Notes: generated by a model from the letters alone, not told the origin. Shown: positions 44,350 through 55,671, counted from the first letter of the stretch. The stretch: 64,000 bases of DNA from Ignavibacteria bacterium (GCA_012518115.1 JAAYTD010000002.1:13710-77709), one strand, 5' to 3'. Numbers and translations: made by a program.

Positions 44350-46527
44350 ATGTTTTTTAAAGCAAAGAAATTATTAATATTAACTCCAATTTTATTTCTA
44401 TTGTCCATATTAATTACTGAAGCACAGCAAACAAATGACAAAGGAAATACTAGCTCTGAAGTAAAAATTCCTTCTTATTTTTGGGGCGCTTATGCACATT
44501 TTAACTATAATGTTCATTCAGCGAATTTTAATCAGTTATCCTCAGATTATGTGGGATGCTGTCCAGTCTATGAGTCGGCGAGAGGCAGCAAATTTTCGGT
44601 AGGAGCATTATTTGAAAAGAAATTGCCTAACGTATTAGAAGAATTTCTTATCGGCGTTAGATTAGGTTATGCTGATATGAGTGCTGATTTTGCTGAATTA
44701 GAAAACATAGGAAATATAGAATTACGTGAAACAACTGCTCCTTTTGAAACGAAAAAAATTATAAATGCAGAAGCAACTCATTTTCTTAAATCTAAATTAA
44801 GTGCTTTAAGTTTAAATATTTATGCTGCTGATAAATTTTTTGCAGGTTTTACTGGCTCAATAGGACTGAACTTTAACTTTTTGTTAAAAAATTCATTTAA
44901 TCAATATGAAGAGCTAACTAATCCTAGCTATGTAGTTTTTTCTGGCGGTGAATATGACGGACAAAGAGTAAGAAATGTATATCCTGAAGCAGAAATACCA
45001 AATGTCAATAAGTTTCAATACGGTTTATCTTTAGGACTTGGCTACGAATTACCTATAGGAAAAAACTCTTTTCTAACTCCTGAAATTCGTTATAACTTTT
45101 TCTTTACAAATGTTGCTGCTGTTAATTGGAAACCTAACTATCTGCAATTAGGTATGGCAATTAAGTTCCCAATTTATAAATCAGAAACAATAGAAAAAAT
45201 TTATCAACGCGATACTATTATAGAGAAAAGTTTTCATCTTGAAAAAGAATATGTTGAACTTATTGAAACTATCGAAGAAGATAATGTAATCTTTGAAAAA
45301 TATAAATACTATAAAAAAGCCGATGCACGATTAGATATAAATCTTACTGCATTTGGAATTGATACAAATGGAGTAAAACAAGAAAATCCAAAAATCATTA
45401 TAGAAGAATTCTACATGACCGAAAGCTTCCCTATTTTGCCGAATATATATTTTCCTGATGGCAGTGCCGAACTAGCTAGGACTAGAATGGTTTTACTTTC
45501 AGAAAATCAAGCAAATGATTTCAATGAAGAAAATATGGAAATGGATGCTTTAGATGTATATCATAATTTACTAAATATATTTGGAAAAAGACTGCGAGAA
45601 AATCCTAATATCAAAATTACAATAGCAGGATATTCAAGCGGAGAAGGAAAAGATAACAAAGATCCTAACATAGCTAATAAGCGCGCTCAAGCAGTCAAAA
45701 GTTACTTTACAGATGTTTGGGAAATTCCTGACTCTCAATTACAAGTTGAAACTCGTTCAATTCCTCAAAATTTACAAATGAGAAATGCAGATATAACTGC
45801 TGAAAATTCAAAAGTTGAACTAATTCCTTCTAATGGATTTGAAAAATCTTTACCACTATATATGCCTGTAAAATTATCATATATTGAAAAGAAATCAAAT
45901 CCGCCTCTTGTTGAATTTAATATCGACATTCAAGCAGAAGCAAGTTTAGATAACTATACACTTACTCTTCTTCAAGATGAGGAAAAAATTAGAGAAATTA
46001 ATGGTACTACTCAAGATGAAAATCTAAAAATACAATGGCAAATCGAAGACACTCCTTTGCCTATTACAGAGAAACCTGTTATAGCTACTTTGAAAGCTAA
46101 AGATTTAACCGGACAAGAAAAAACAGTACAAAAAGAATTAAATATTGAACAAGTTACTGTTAAGAAAAAGAAAGAAAGAATTGAAAAAGATTGGAAAATT
46201 GATAAATACTCTTTAGTTCTATTTGACTATGATAAGTCTGATATTTCATATGTAGATAAAGAAATTCTTAAAGAAATAAAATCAAATATAGAACCTAATT
46301 CAGAAGTAAGAATAATTATTTCTGGGTTTGCAGATAGAACAGGAGATGTTCAATATAATAAAAATTTAGCACAACGTCGCTGTGAAGAAGTATCTAAGAT
46401 TCTAGATGTAAAAAATGCTAAATTAAAATCTATAGGTAGTAGTAAGTTAATCTTAGATAACGACTTACCCGAAGGACGTGCGCTTTCACGAACAGTCCAA
46501 ATTGAAGTTAGAACACCTCTGAAATAA
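44350..46527 (+). CDS. OmpA-family protein with two OmpA-like peptidoglycan-binding domains
   Basis: A signal peptide is present. ITIAGYSSGEGKD...NKRAQAVKSYF and ISGFADRTGDVQYNKNLAQRRCEEV...GRALSRTVQIEV are OmpA C-terminal-like motifs. Confidence 0.7.
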   Translation: MFFKAKKLLILTPILFLLSILITEAQQTNDKGNTSSEVKIPSYFWGAYAHFNYNVHSANFNQLSSDYVGCCPVYESARGSKFSVGALFEKKLPNVLEEFLIGVRLGYADMSADFAELENIGNIELRETTAPFETKKIINAEATHFLKSKLSALSLNIYAADKFFAGFTGSIGLNFNFLLKNSFNQYEELTNPSYVVFSGGEYDGQRVRNVYPEAEIPNVNKFQYGLSLGLGYELPIGKNSFLTPEIRYNFFFTNVAAVNWKPNYLQLGMAIKFPIYKSETIEKIYQRDTIIEKSFHLEKEYVELIETIEEDNVIFEKYKYYKKADARLDINLTAFGIDTNGVKQENPKIIIEEFYMTESFPILPNIYFPDGSAELARTRMVLLSENQANDFNEENMEMDALDVYHNLLNIFGKRLRENPNIKITIAGYSSGEGKDNKDPNIANKRAQAVKSYFTDVWEIPDSQLQVETRSIPQNLQMRNADITAENSKVELIPSNGFEKSLPLYMPVKLSYIEKKSNPPLVEFNIDIQAEASLDNYTLTLLQDEEKIREINGTTQDENLKIQWQIEDTPLPITEKPVIATLKAKDLTGQEKTVQKELNIEQVTVKKKKERIEKDWKIDKYSLVLFDYDKSDISYVDKEILKEIKSNIEPNSEVRIIISGFADRTGDVQYNKNLAQRRCEEVSKILDVKNAKLKSIGSSKLILDNDLPEGRALSRTVQIEVRTPLK

Positions 46528-46534
46528 AAATAAC

Positions 46535-46572
46535 AAAACCGTTTCTTATGCTTGAAACGGTTTTTTTTTTGA
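46535..46572 (+). terminator. Intrinsic terminator
   Basis: aaaaccgtttc-ttatgctt-gaaacggtttt is followed by a long T-run. Confidence 0.8.
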
Positions 46573-46658
46573 TATATTAAAAAAAAATAACATTTTTTAG
46601 AAAAAAAATTATTATATTATAGACGTTTGCTAAGTAACAATAAAAATAGATTACTAAA

Positions 46659-49600
46659 ATGAAACGAGCTCCACTTCTTATATTATTTTTTATATTCAGT
46701 TTTTTTGCTTCATCTAAGGTGCAAGCAGAGTACTGGCGTAAGATAGAAAATTTACCCAAAGAAGCACGAAACGTTCAATGGTTAGATGTTTTCTTCTTAA
46801 ATTCTAACTATGGCTGGATTTGCGGACGAAGCTATAATGACAATTTTGGACGTGTTTTAAGAACAGTTAATGGTGGAGCGACTTGGCAAGTAAGTCTCGT
46901 TGCAGGTTGGTTTTTAGAAAGCGTTCATTTCGTTGATACTCAGAATGGTTTTTGTTCGGGACCAAGTGGTGTGTTTAAGTCAACAGATGGTGGGGTTACT
47001 TGGCAACCTGTTTCTTATTTGAACTCACTTGTTGCTAGTTACAGCATTGATACTTGGGGCTGTTTTATGTTGAATACCGACACTATTTATGTTGCTGGCG
47101 GCGGCTGTTTACCTCCGAGTACAACATCTTTAGATGACCATCGTATAATTTGGCGTTCAACTGATGGTGGTGTTAATTGGACACCGACTTCCCTTTCTAA
47201 TATCCCTCTTGAAGGTTCTACAGATTATTTTTCGGGCTTAACAGATGTAATGGTTTATCCAAACGGATTGGGCTATGCTTCAAGTAGCGGATTAATATGG
47301 AAAACAAATAATTTTGGAGATACTTGGGAACTAGCTTCACGATCGGGACAAAATTTATCTTGGCAAGAAGAAATAACAAATTATCCGGGTACAAATTCCG
47401 TTTTAGTTCCATTTTCTGGTATTGATTGTGCTGGTGGCTTAGTTAATGTCGGTGGAATGCGTTTTTCAACAGATATAACAAACCCAATGGGCTGGCGTGA
47501 AACAGTAACTTCAGGACCTATGTACGGTTCTTTTCTTTTAGGACCGGCGGAAGGTTGGGCTTGCGGTACAGGGCGTGGAATTTTTTATACAAACGATGGC
47601 GGTATTTCATGGGCTTTGAAAAATTGTGGAATACAAGCTGGCGATAATTTAGATGATATATTCTTTATAACTCCTGAAAATGGTTGGGTTGTTGGTGACA
47701 ATATTTATAGACTTGCTCCTTCTGAACTGTTTGTATCTAAAGATACTGTTGATTTTGGCGATAGCTGTACTGCTCAAAATTTATATGATACATTATTTGT
47801 ACAAAATATGAATTTCAACAGATCTATACTTGATATTTCTATTTTACAAAATAGTCCGTATTTTACCATACTAGCTCCAGAATATCTATATTTTCCTGTT
47901 CCTGCTTGTCATGTAACAAGAATTATCGTCAAATACTCTCCTAAAAGCTTTGGTGAACATAATTTTTCAATAGTTGTTAAAATGACTCCAGATAATGAAA
48001 ATATAACTCATAGCGATACTGTTTTTTACAAAGGTGCTTTAAAAGAATTTACTGCTTGGGCAGAACAAGATACTATTGATTTCGGCGATGTTCCTGTTAA
48101 AACAAGCCGTTACAGAAACTTAAATTGGTATTCAAAAGAAACTGATACTATCTTAAAATACCGCTGTAGCGTCAATAATCTTAATATTACTGACGTAACT
48201 ATGAAAAAACCTTTTGTTATTACGAACGACGAAGCTAGCTCTATGCAGTTCAAAATATCACCACAAGATACTGGAGTAACTTATGTTTCTTACACTTTCA
48301 TTTTTAGCACTTGCGATGAGGAAAGAACAGTTGTTCTAAAAGTTCGCGGTATTTCGCCAATTATAAATACTAATGATTACGAAGACATATCTATAAGTTG
48401 TATAAATGACACAACTATTAAAATTCCTATATATAATTCTGGAAATGCAAGTTTAGAAATTTATAGTATCAATTTAGTAGATTCGGCAGGTTTATTTTCA
48501 CAAGATTTAGCTTCAAAAGCTCATATTTTAGGATTTACAAGCCAGAAAACTTTACCACTTTCTATAGAAGCTCTAAAATCTGACACCTTACTTTTAAGAT
48601 TAACTTCTACAGAAATAGATACATTAAAAGGAAATATTGTCATTGTAAACAATGATAATAAAAGACCTAGTTCTATTCACCCTAACACAGTAAAATTTAC
48701 TGCAATTTTCTATAAAACACTTTTAGATAAAGATACAATAAACATTGACTTTGGAAATGTATGTGTCGGCTCAAGTGCTTTAGAAACAAGAGAATTAACA
48801 AATTTAAGTAATCTTACTGTATCATTTAAAAATGTAAAGCAAGAAAACAATATATTTGAAATAATAGAAGCTCCGAAAAATGCTAACTTTAAACAAAAAG
48901 TTCACTATAAAGTTAGATTTTCACCAAACAAGATAGGAAGATTTAATGATACAATTGAAGTAGATGTTTCACCTTGTAACACTAAATTAGTACTAATACT
49001 TAAAGGTTGTGGTGTTTTGAATAATGTTGAAATAGAACCAGAAAAAATTACAGATAAACTCAATATTAATATTGCTAAAAATTATGAAGTTGCAGTTAAA
49101 TCAAATTCTATACAAGATATTAAAATAAGCGAAGCAAAAATAGTCCCGATTTTGCCTGAAACCGAAATTAGTTTTATAACGGATTTTCCATTAAATTTAA
49201 TTTCTAAGCACACTGAAAAAATAGAACTTACAATTGAATCAAATTCAGAAATTCATTATTCGGGAAATTTAATACTTTATTTAGAAAGTGAATGTCTTGA
49301 CACTATCTATGTCCCTATTGATATTGAATTTATAAATAATAATTTAGAATATACAGATACAAAAGGCGATATTGCTTATAAGTTTAATCATAATTTAACT
49401 TGTGAAAATACAAAATCTTACGATACAATTTTTGTTTCAAACACACAAGCTTATACTTTTGAAGAAGTAAAATTTGATAAAAACACTCCTGAATACAATA
49501 TAATTTCACTTCCTAATTTACCGATGAAAGTAGAAGCTGAAAGTAAAATTCAAATTGTTACTTCTTTTGAAGCAAAATTTGAAGGTAACTTCTCTAACTC

Positions 49601-51026
49601 TCTTATTTTTAAAATGCTTGATAGCGCTACTCAAGAAACACGATTTGACACAATTTATTTTCACAATGAATATCGCAGAAGTAACATTACTTTGCTTGAT
49701 ACAATTTTAGATTTTGGTTTAGTTGAAACTTGTGATTTACCTAAAACTTTATATATACGTTTTCGCAATTCGGGAACTCTATCAGATACTTTGTATTTTG
49801 ATAGAGATGTTTTACCTAACTATTATAAAATTAATGTAAATAGTTTAACTATCTTGCCAGAAACAAAAGATTCTGTTGAAGTTCAATTTTATCCCGAACT
49901 TGTAGAAAGTTTACCAAACAAATCTTTTATACCACTAAAAATCAGAAGTACAGTTTGTCCGAAAAACTTTACAACAAATATAAAATCTCATACTAACTCT
50001 ATTGAACTTAAAATAGAAAATAAAAACTTAGATTTTGGTGAAGTTTGGATAAATACTAAAGAAACTATAGACTTAGAAATTCAAAATACAAGTTTATTTG
50101 ATATTGAAATAGTTGAAATAAAATTAGAACCTGACAATAATTTTTCTATTGATGCTACATTACCACTAGCTATAAAAAGTCAAAGTTCCATTAAAATACC
50201 TGTATCTTTTATAGCTGACAAATCAGATTTTTATACAGCAAAAGTTTTCTTAAGTGCTAAACGTAGTTGCAACTTAAATGATACTTTGAATTTAGCTGCT
50301 TCTGTACCTGTTGAAAAGTATTTTGCTACATTAAAATTTGATTCAACATCTGCTCTGCCGGGTAAACATACAACGATTTCTGCATTTATAGTTTCCCCAG
50401 TAACCGAGCTATTGGCTAAAGAAATTAATTTTACAATTGATATGAACAATTATCTTTTCTTTCCTAAAAAGATGTTTTTAATAGATAAAAACATTAAAGA
50501 AGAAATTGAATTTAATTTTAGTTTAGCTGATGGAATAAGTAGTAAAATTTCTGAAGAACACGCAAATTCTATTTTAAGTACAAAAGGTAAGTTTTTAGAA
50601 ATAGAAGGTTTAGCTCTTTTATATAATCCAAATTCAACAAAAATTTCATTTAAAAATTTTGATATAACAACAGATAAATTATATGAAATTACTCAAGAAA
50701 ATGGTGAGTTTAAGCTATCCGATTACTGTGGAAATTCAGTTGGTTTATACGGTAGAATTAATTTCTTAGCTGAAATTACTCCAAATTACAGCAATGTAAT
50801 TTCGGATAATTTTGATATTAATTTTTCAGCAACGCAAAATAGTTTTGTTAATATAAAAATAATGGACTTGACAGGTAAATGCGTATTTTTTAAGACCTTA
50901 TCTCTTAAAAAAGGCGAAAACAACTTCACATTTCCTATGGACAAAATATCTACAGGAACTTATAATTTACAAATCAATAATGCGTTTTATCTTATTGTTT
51001 CTGATAAGTTATTAATAGTCAAATAA
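46659..51026 (+). CDS. Large secreted Ycf48/BNR-like propeller protein with multiple Ig-like (PapD/ASH-like) domains and a T9SS-like C-terminal domain
   Basis: A signal peptide is present. The BNR/Asp-box motifs are TVNGGATWQ, STDGGVTWQ, STDGGVNWT, TNNFGDTWE and TNDGGISWA. Many repeats of about 100 aa start with DFG(D/N)V. The C-terminus is IKIMDLTGKCVFFKTL...STGTYNLQINN. Confidence 0.65.
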   Translation: MKRAPLLILFFIFSFFASSKVQAEYWRKIENLPKEARNVQWLDVFFLNSNYGWICGRSYNDNFGRVLRTVNGGATWQVSLVAGWFLESVHFVDTQNGFCSGPSGVFKSTDGGVTWQPVSYLNSLVASYSIDTWGCFMLNTDTIYVAGGGCLPPSTTSLDDHRIIWRSTDGGVNWTPTSLSNIPLEGSTDYFSGLTDVMVYPNGLGYASSSGLIWKTNNFGDTWELASRSGQNLSWQEEITNYPGTNSVLVPFSGIDCAGGLVNVGGMRFSTDITNPMGWRETVTSGPMYGSFLLGPAEGWACGTGRGIFYTNDGGISWALKNCGIQAGDNLDDIFFITPENGWVVGDNIYRLAPSELFVSKDTVDFGDSCTAQNLYDTLFVQNMNFNRSILDISILQNSPYFTILAPEYLYFPVPACHVTRIIVKYSPKSFGEHNFSIVVKMTPDNENITHSDTVFYKGALKEFTAWAEQDTIDFGDVPVKTSRYRNLNWYSKETDTILKYRCSVNNLNITDVTMKKPFVITNDEASSMQFKISPQDTGVTYVSYTFIFSTCDEERTVVLKVRGISPIINTNDYEDISISCINDTTIKIPIYNSGNASLEIYSINLVDSAGLFSQDLASKAHILGFTSQKTLPLSIEALKSDTLLLRLTSTEIDTLKGNIVIVNNDNKRPSSIHPNTVKFTAIFYKTLLDKDTINIDFGNVCVGSSALETRELTNLSNLTVSFKNVKQENNIFEIIEAPKNANFKQKVHYKVRFSPNKIGRFNDTIEVDVSPCNTKLVLILKGCGVLNNVEIEPEKITDKLNINIAKNYEVAVKSNSIQDIKISEAKIVPILPETEISFITDFPLNLISKHTEKIELTIESNSEIHYSGNLILYLESECLDTIYVPIDIEFINNNLEYTDTKGDIAYKFNHNLTCENTKSYDTIFVSNTQAYTFEEVKFDKNTPEYNIISLPNLPMKVEAESKIQIVTSFEAKFEGNFSNSLIFKMLDSATQETRFDTIYFHNEYRRSNITLLDTILDFGLVETCDLPKTLYIRFRNSGTLSDTLYFDRDVLPNYYKINVNSLTILPETKDSVEVQFYPELVESLPNKSFIPLKIRSTVCPKNFTTNIKSHTNSIELKIENKNLDFGEVWINTKETIDLEIQNTSLFDIEIVEIKLEPDNNFSIDATLPLAIKSQSSIKIPVSFIADKSDFYTAKVFLSAKRSCNLNDTLNLAASVPVEKYFATLKFDSTSALPGKHTTISAFIVSPVTELLAKEINFTIDMNNYLFFPKKMFLIDKNIKEEIEFNFSLADGISSKISEEHANSILSTKGKFLEIEGLALLYNPNSTKISFKNFDITTDKLYEITQENGEFKLSDYCGNSVGLYGRINFLAEITPNYSNVISDNFDINFSATQNSFVNIKIMDLTGKCVFFKTLSLKKGENNFTFPMDKISTGTYNLQINNAFYLIVSDKLLIVK

Positions 51027-51038
51027 ATGTTAATTATA

Positions 51039-51129
51039 TTGTCTAAACTGTGATTTGTGTGATTTTGAGATGTTTTTAAAATTCCCCTTCGGCACGAAGG
51101 GGTGGCAGGCGAAGCCTGACGGGGTAGTC
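51039..51129. repeat. Hairpin-module repeat (locus E)
   Basis: It contains gtctaaactgtgatttgtgtgatttt and U2 (reverse) aaaattccccttcggcacgaaggggtggcaggcgaagcctgacggggtagtc. Confidence 0.8.
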
Positions 51130-51154
51130 AAATTCAAAATGGTATTGTTTTCAA

Positions 51155-51604
51155 TTACATTCCCGAGCTACCAAATCCACCAGCGCCGCGCTCAGTTTCT
51201 TCAAGTTCTGCGGTTTCTTTCCATTCTACTTTTTCGTATTTTGCAACAACTATTTGTGCTATTCGTTCTCCCCTATTTATAACAAAATCTTTTTTACTGA
51301 AATTTGCTAAAATAACTTTAATTTCGCCACGATAATCGCTGTCTATTGTGCCGGGCGAATTTAGAGCAAATATACCGTTTTTTGCAGCTAGTCCACTCCT
51401 TGAACGCACTTGACATTCAAATCCCGGTGGCAAAGCTATAGCCAAATTAGTCGGTAGCAAACAAACCGCACCAGCAGCAATTTTTTGTGGCTCTGCAATT
51501 GCAGCATATAAATCCATTCCTGCTGAACCTTCTGTTTGATATTGAGGCAATGGTAAGTCTTCAAATTCTTTAGAAATACGCTTTACTTCTACTACTAATT
51601 TCAT
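51155..51604 (-). CDS. dut: dUTP diphosphatase
   Basis: [22 protein letters not shown] and the C-terminal [10 protein letters not shown] are the conserved dUTPase motifs. Confidence 0.95.
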   Translation of the reverse strand: MKLVVEVKRISKEFEDLPLPQYQTEGSAGMDLYAAIAEPQKIAAGAVCLLPTNLAIALPPGFECQVRSRSGLAAKNGIFALNSPGTIDSDYRGEIKVILANFSKKDFVINRGERIAQIVVAKYEKVEWKETAELEETERGAGGFGSSGM

Positions 51605-51736
51605 TTTCTCAAGCCTTATTATTTTCTATTTGTTACTTTTACACAAATATACATTTTTTTGCTCTTATTATAAAGAAATTCAAAAAAAAATGTTATTTTT
51701 AAATTTATTATTTTAATAACCTATAAATTTATTTGA

Positions 51737-52171
51737 ATGTCAAAACTTAAAACTCCTAAAAATTCTAAATCGTTATCATTGTTCTGTGCAAAACTTGCAG
51801 CTGAAAAACTTGCAGAAAATATAATCATACTTGATTTAACCGATATAGAAACAGCTCCCACAGATTTTTTTGTAATATGTAGCTGTACTTCAGAACCTCA
51901 ACTGCGAGCTGTAACTGAAAATATTATGGAAAAATCAAAAAAAGCCAATTTAGACAGACCACGCACAGAAGGTGAATTAGGAGCAGAATGGGTTTTAATT
52001 GACTACTTTGACGTTGTTGTCCACATTATGCTTGCAGAAATTAGAAGTTTTTATAATATTGAAAAACTTTGGGCAGATGCTGTGTTTTACAAATTTAACT
52101 ACAAAACTTCAAGATTAAACAAAGCTAATCAAACGGAAATTTTAAATATTATTAATAAATACAAACTTTAA
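51737..52171 (+). CDS. rsfS: Ribosome silencing factor RsfS (iojap-like)
   Basis: DFFVICSCTSEPQLRAV...EWVLIDYFDVVVHIM...R.FYNIEKLW is the typical RsfS core. Confidence 0.85.
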   Translation: MSKLKTPKNSKSLSLFCAKLAAEKLAENIIILDLTDIETAPTDFFVICSCTSEPQLRAVTENIMEKSKKANLDRPRTEGELGAEWVLIDYFDVVVHIMLAEIRSFYNIEKLWADAVFYKFNYKTSRLNKANQTEILNIINKYKL

Positions 52172-52203
52172 AACTTATATTTACAAATCAGGCATACAAA
52201 AAA

Positions 52204-53850
52204 ATGACTAATTCTTATCTTACAACAATATTTCTTAATGCTTTAGAAAAAATGCAAGTTAAGCATGAATATAATTTGATTTTTGATATTCCACGCAACA
52301 AAGATCATGGTGATCTATATACCAATATTGCTATGCAACTTGCTAAACCATTAAAAAAATCTCCACAAGTAATAGCTAATGAAATTATTACTAACTTACA
52401 ATATGACAAAGAGTTAATAAGTGAGATTTCTGTTGCAGGTGCAGGATTTATTAATATCAAGTTTACAAATAACTATTATCAAAAGCAGTTATATCAAATT
52501 TATTCAGAAGGTTCTAAATACGGTTACACTGATTTAAATGCAGGGAAAAAAGTCAATGTTGAATATGTTAGCGCTAATCCTACGGGGCTATTACATCTTG
52601 GACATGGTCGCAATGCTGCAATTGGTGATACACTTGCAAATCTTTATAAATGGACAGGTTGGGAAGTAACTCGCGAATACTATTTTAACAATGCGGGCAA
52701 CCAAATGATGAACTTGACTAGTTCCATTTATGCACGCTATATGCAGCTAGCTAGTGATCCCGATTTCCCTTTTCCTGAAGACGGTTATCACGGTTCATAC
52801 GTTATTACAATTGCTGAAGAACTCTTGCAAAAATATTCGCAAGAATTAATAAATGGCACGGAAAAAGATTTAGAAATTATTAGAAAATTTGGTGAGAATT
52901 GGTGCTTTGATAAAATCAAAAAAACTCTCGCAAGAATGAATATTTTTCAAGATGTTTTTTATAATGAAGATTCTCTTTATAAAGATGGTAAAATTGAAGC
53001 TGTATTGAAGGAACTTAAAGAAAAGAATTTGAGTTATGAGAAAGAAGGAGCTACATGGCTTGCGTTCTCAAAACTTGGCTTGGAAGATGATCGAGTTATC
53101 GTAAAATCAACAGGTGAACCAACTTATCGCTTACCGGATATCGCTTATCATCGTGAAAAATTAAATCGTGGCTATGATTTAGTTGTAGATTTATTTGGTG
53201 CTGACCACATTGCAACAGTTCCTGATGTGCTTGCGGGCGTTCGCGCTTTAGGACTTGATGATAGTAAAATTAAAGTTATTATTCACCAATTTGTAACACT
53301 TATGGAAAATGGCGAACAAGTAAAAATGTCAAAACGGACAGGAAAAAGTTATACGCTAGATGATTTACTTGATGATGTTGGTGCTGATGTTGTTCGCTAT
53401 TTTTTAATTATGCGTGGCGTAAATACGCATTTGGAATTTGATTTATCTATCGCAAGAGAACAGAGCGACAAAAACCCTGTTTTTTATTTGCAATATGCTT
53501 ATGCAAGAATATGTTCCATATTGGAAAAAGTAGCGGCTGAGGGCAAAAATATTGATTTTGAAAAAATAGATTTAACATTTTTAAATGAAGTTGCAGAAAT
53601 CAATTTAATTAAGCAACTGATGCTATTTCCTGAAACTTTACAAGTTGCAGCTGAAAAAGCTGAACCGCATATCGTATGTGAATATTTAAGAGAAGTTGCA
53701 GCTGCGTTTCATGTGTTTTATCACGATTGTCGCATTATAGGCACTGACGATGAAATAAAATACGCTAGAATCTTTTTAGCAAATATAACAAAAATTGTTT
53801 TAAAAAACGGAATGTCTGTTTTAGGTGTATCTTCACCTGAAAAAATGTAG
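52204..53850 (+). CDS. argS: Arginine--tRNA ligase
   Basis: VEYVSANPTGLLHLGHGRN is the HIGH region. The KMSKS-like motif is VKMSKRTGK. A DALR anticodon-binding C-terminus is present. The protein is 548 aa. Confidence 0.95.
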   Translation: MTNSYLTTIFLNALEKMQVKHEYNLIFDIPRNKDHGDLYTNIAMQLAKPLKKSPQVIANEIITNLQYDKELISEISVAGAGFINIKFTNNYYQKQLYQIYSEGSKYGYTDLNAGKKVNVEYVSANPTGLLHLGHGRNAAIGDTLANLYKWTGWEVTREYYFNNAGNQMMNLTSSIYARYMQLASDPDFPFPEDGYHGSYVITIAEELLQKYSQELINGTEKDLEIIRKFGENWCFDKIKKTLARMNIFQDVFYNEDSLYKDGKIEAVLKELKEKNLSYEKEGATWLAFSKLGLEDDRVIVKSTGEPTYRLPDIAYHREKLNRGYDLVVDLFGADHIATVPDVLAGVRALGLDDSKIKVIIHQFVTLMENGEQVKMSKRTGKSYTLDDLLDDVGADVVRYFLIMRGVNTHLEFDLSIAREQSDKNPVFYLQYAYARICSILEKVAAEGKNIDFEKIDLTFLNEVAEINLIKQLMLFPETLQVAAEKAEPHIVCEYLREVAAAFHVFYHDCRIIGTDDEIKYARIFLANITKIVLKNGMSVLGVSSPEKM

Positions 53851-53924
53851 TTTTTTAATATTCTACTGATATATTTCACACTAGTTAGCTAGTACAAATT
53901 TATTATTTTACTTGTGTTAGTATT

Positions 53925-55415
53925 ATGAAAAAAACTTTCACTATTTTTCTTTATTTTGCTGTTTTTACTTATTTTGTAAATGCTCAAGAGAATTGTGATA
54001 CAACTTTACTCAATGGCTTTCATTCAATTTCTTCTTTAGAAATTCAATCTTTTGCAGAAACATTATGTCAGCCGAAATGGAAAGGACGACGTGCAGGTTC
54101 ACTTGAATATATGGAAGCAGCACAATTTGTTGCCGATAGTTTCGCTAGCTGGGGACTAAAACCTATAGCGCCTAACGATAGTTGGTTTCAAACCTTTCCA
54201 CACGAACGGATTGAAGTTGAGAGCTCCGGCACTTTGAGTATTGCTTTCCCTATTAACAATGACACATTAATCAAACATTATACATTTCCTGACGATTATT
54301 TTCCGGGTTCTTCTTCTGCAAGTGGGCAAATAACAGCACCTCTTGTATGGGTTGGTTTCGGCATTAGCGCTCCAGAGCTTAATTATGACGATTATAAAAA
54401 TGTAGATGTAGAAGGAAAAATTGTCGTAATAGAGATGGAACTCCCTGTAAATTCTACGCATAAAGATTATGCTCAATGGTCGGAACATTCCAGTACAGCT
54501 TCAAAAGTAAAAAACGCTATTTCTCATGGTGCTATCGGTTTGATTTTTATTGCAAAATTAGCAAATCCTTCTATTCCCTATCACGATAATTTTGTTTATT
54601 GTTATATGAAAGAAGAAGCAACAAATGACCTTTTTTTAGGAACTAGCAAAAAGCGAAAAGAATTGTTACAAGAAATAAAATCTAAATTATCGCCTCAATC
54701 CTTTGATTTATGCAAAACTGCAACAATTTCTGCAAAGACAACTTATTCACCTGATGGTACTTGCTGTAATGTGTTAGGATTACTTGAAGGTAGCGACCCA
54801 AAATTGAAAGATGAAGTTATTATTTTGGGAGCTCATTTAGATGGAGTTGGCAACACTGGCGCTTTTTTCCCTTGTGCTTTGGATAATGCTTCAGGTTGCG
54901 TAGATTTGATGGCTATAGCACAAGCTTTATCAAAATCTAAAGTTACACTAAAAAGAAGTATTTTATTTATTATGTTTGGTGCTGAAGAAACCGGATTGCG
55001 CGGAAGCGATTATTATGTTTCAAACCCTCTTATTGCCAAAAATCAAGTTGTTTGTATGTTCAATTTTGATATGGTTGGAAATGGACGTGATTTAGGTGTT
55101 TGGGGCGGTGATAGCTATCCTGAAATTAATAGACATTTCAAAGAAGCAAACGACAAATATATTCATAGAAAGTTTCACTCTTCTAAATATCATGATGCTG
55201 GTGGCAGAGCTCGTACCGATGGTATGGTCTTCGGACGCGCCGGCTATAAATCTATGGCTGCAATAACGCCAAATGCTGTTAAAAAAGTTTTTTATCATCA
55301 TGATTTAGGCGACACTCCTTCTACTCTTGTTCCAGAAATAATGGAAGATATAAGTAAACTATTTTATTTAGGATTAATCGGTTTAGCAAATGATACGACT
55401 ATAAAGTTAAAATAA
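53925..55415 (+). CDS. M28-family aminopeptidase with PA domain (secreted)
   Basis: A signal peptide is present. NVLGLLEGSD...IILGAHLDGVG...DNASG and FGAEETGLRGS are metal ligand motifs. NFDMVG is also present. Confidence 0.8.
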   Translation: MKKTFTIFLYFAVFTYFVNAQENCDTTLLNGFHSISSLEIQSFAETLCQPKWKGRRAGSLEYMEAAQFVADSFASWGLKPIAPNDSWFQTFPHERIEVESSGTLSIAFPINNDTLIKHYTFPDDYFPGSSSASGQITAPLVWVGFGISAPELNYDDYKNVDVEGKIVVIEMELPVNSTHKDYAQWSEHSSTASKVKNAISHGAIGLIFIAKLANPSIPYHDNFVYCYMKEEATNDLFLGTSKKRKELLQEIKSKLSPQSFDLCKTATISAKTTYSPDGTCCNVLGLLEGSDPKLKDEVIILGAHLDGVGNTGAFFPCALDNASGCVDLMAIAQALSKSKVTLKRSILFIMFGAEETGLRGSDYYVSNPLIAKNQVVCMFNFDMVGNGRDLGVWGGDSYPEINRHFKEANDKYIHRKFHSSKYHDAGGRARTDGMVFGRAGYKSMAAITPNAVKKVFYHHDLGDTPSTLVPEIMEDISKLFYLGLIGLANDTTIKLK

Positions 55416-55449
55416 AATTATATATCGAAAACAATGGACAATAATTTTG

Positions 55450-55552
55450 TAACCGCAAAGAACACAAAGAATTAGGAAAATTTTCCCAAATCATATAAAT
55501 CACAAAAATCAAACAAATCACAGTTCAGACAAAAATAGCAGAGGGGAATTTG
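55450..55552. repeat. Hairpin-module repeat (locus F1)
   Basis: aaccgcaaagaacacaaaga is the reverse complement of 8262-8280. aatcacagttcagacaaaa and gaggggaatttg (a U2 fragment) are also present. Confidence 0.7.
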
Positions 55553-55671
55553 TCTCTACTACGTCCATACCAAATTGTTATTCAAAATGGTATAAATATG
55601 CAAAATCTTTTCTATTTTCTGCTTTTCTACTAACATTTTTTGTAAAAATTTGCAAAAGAGAAGTATTTTCC

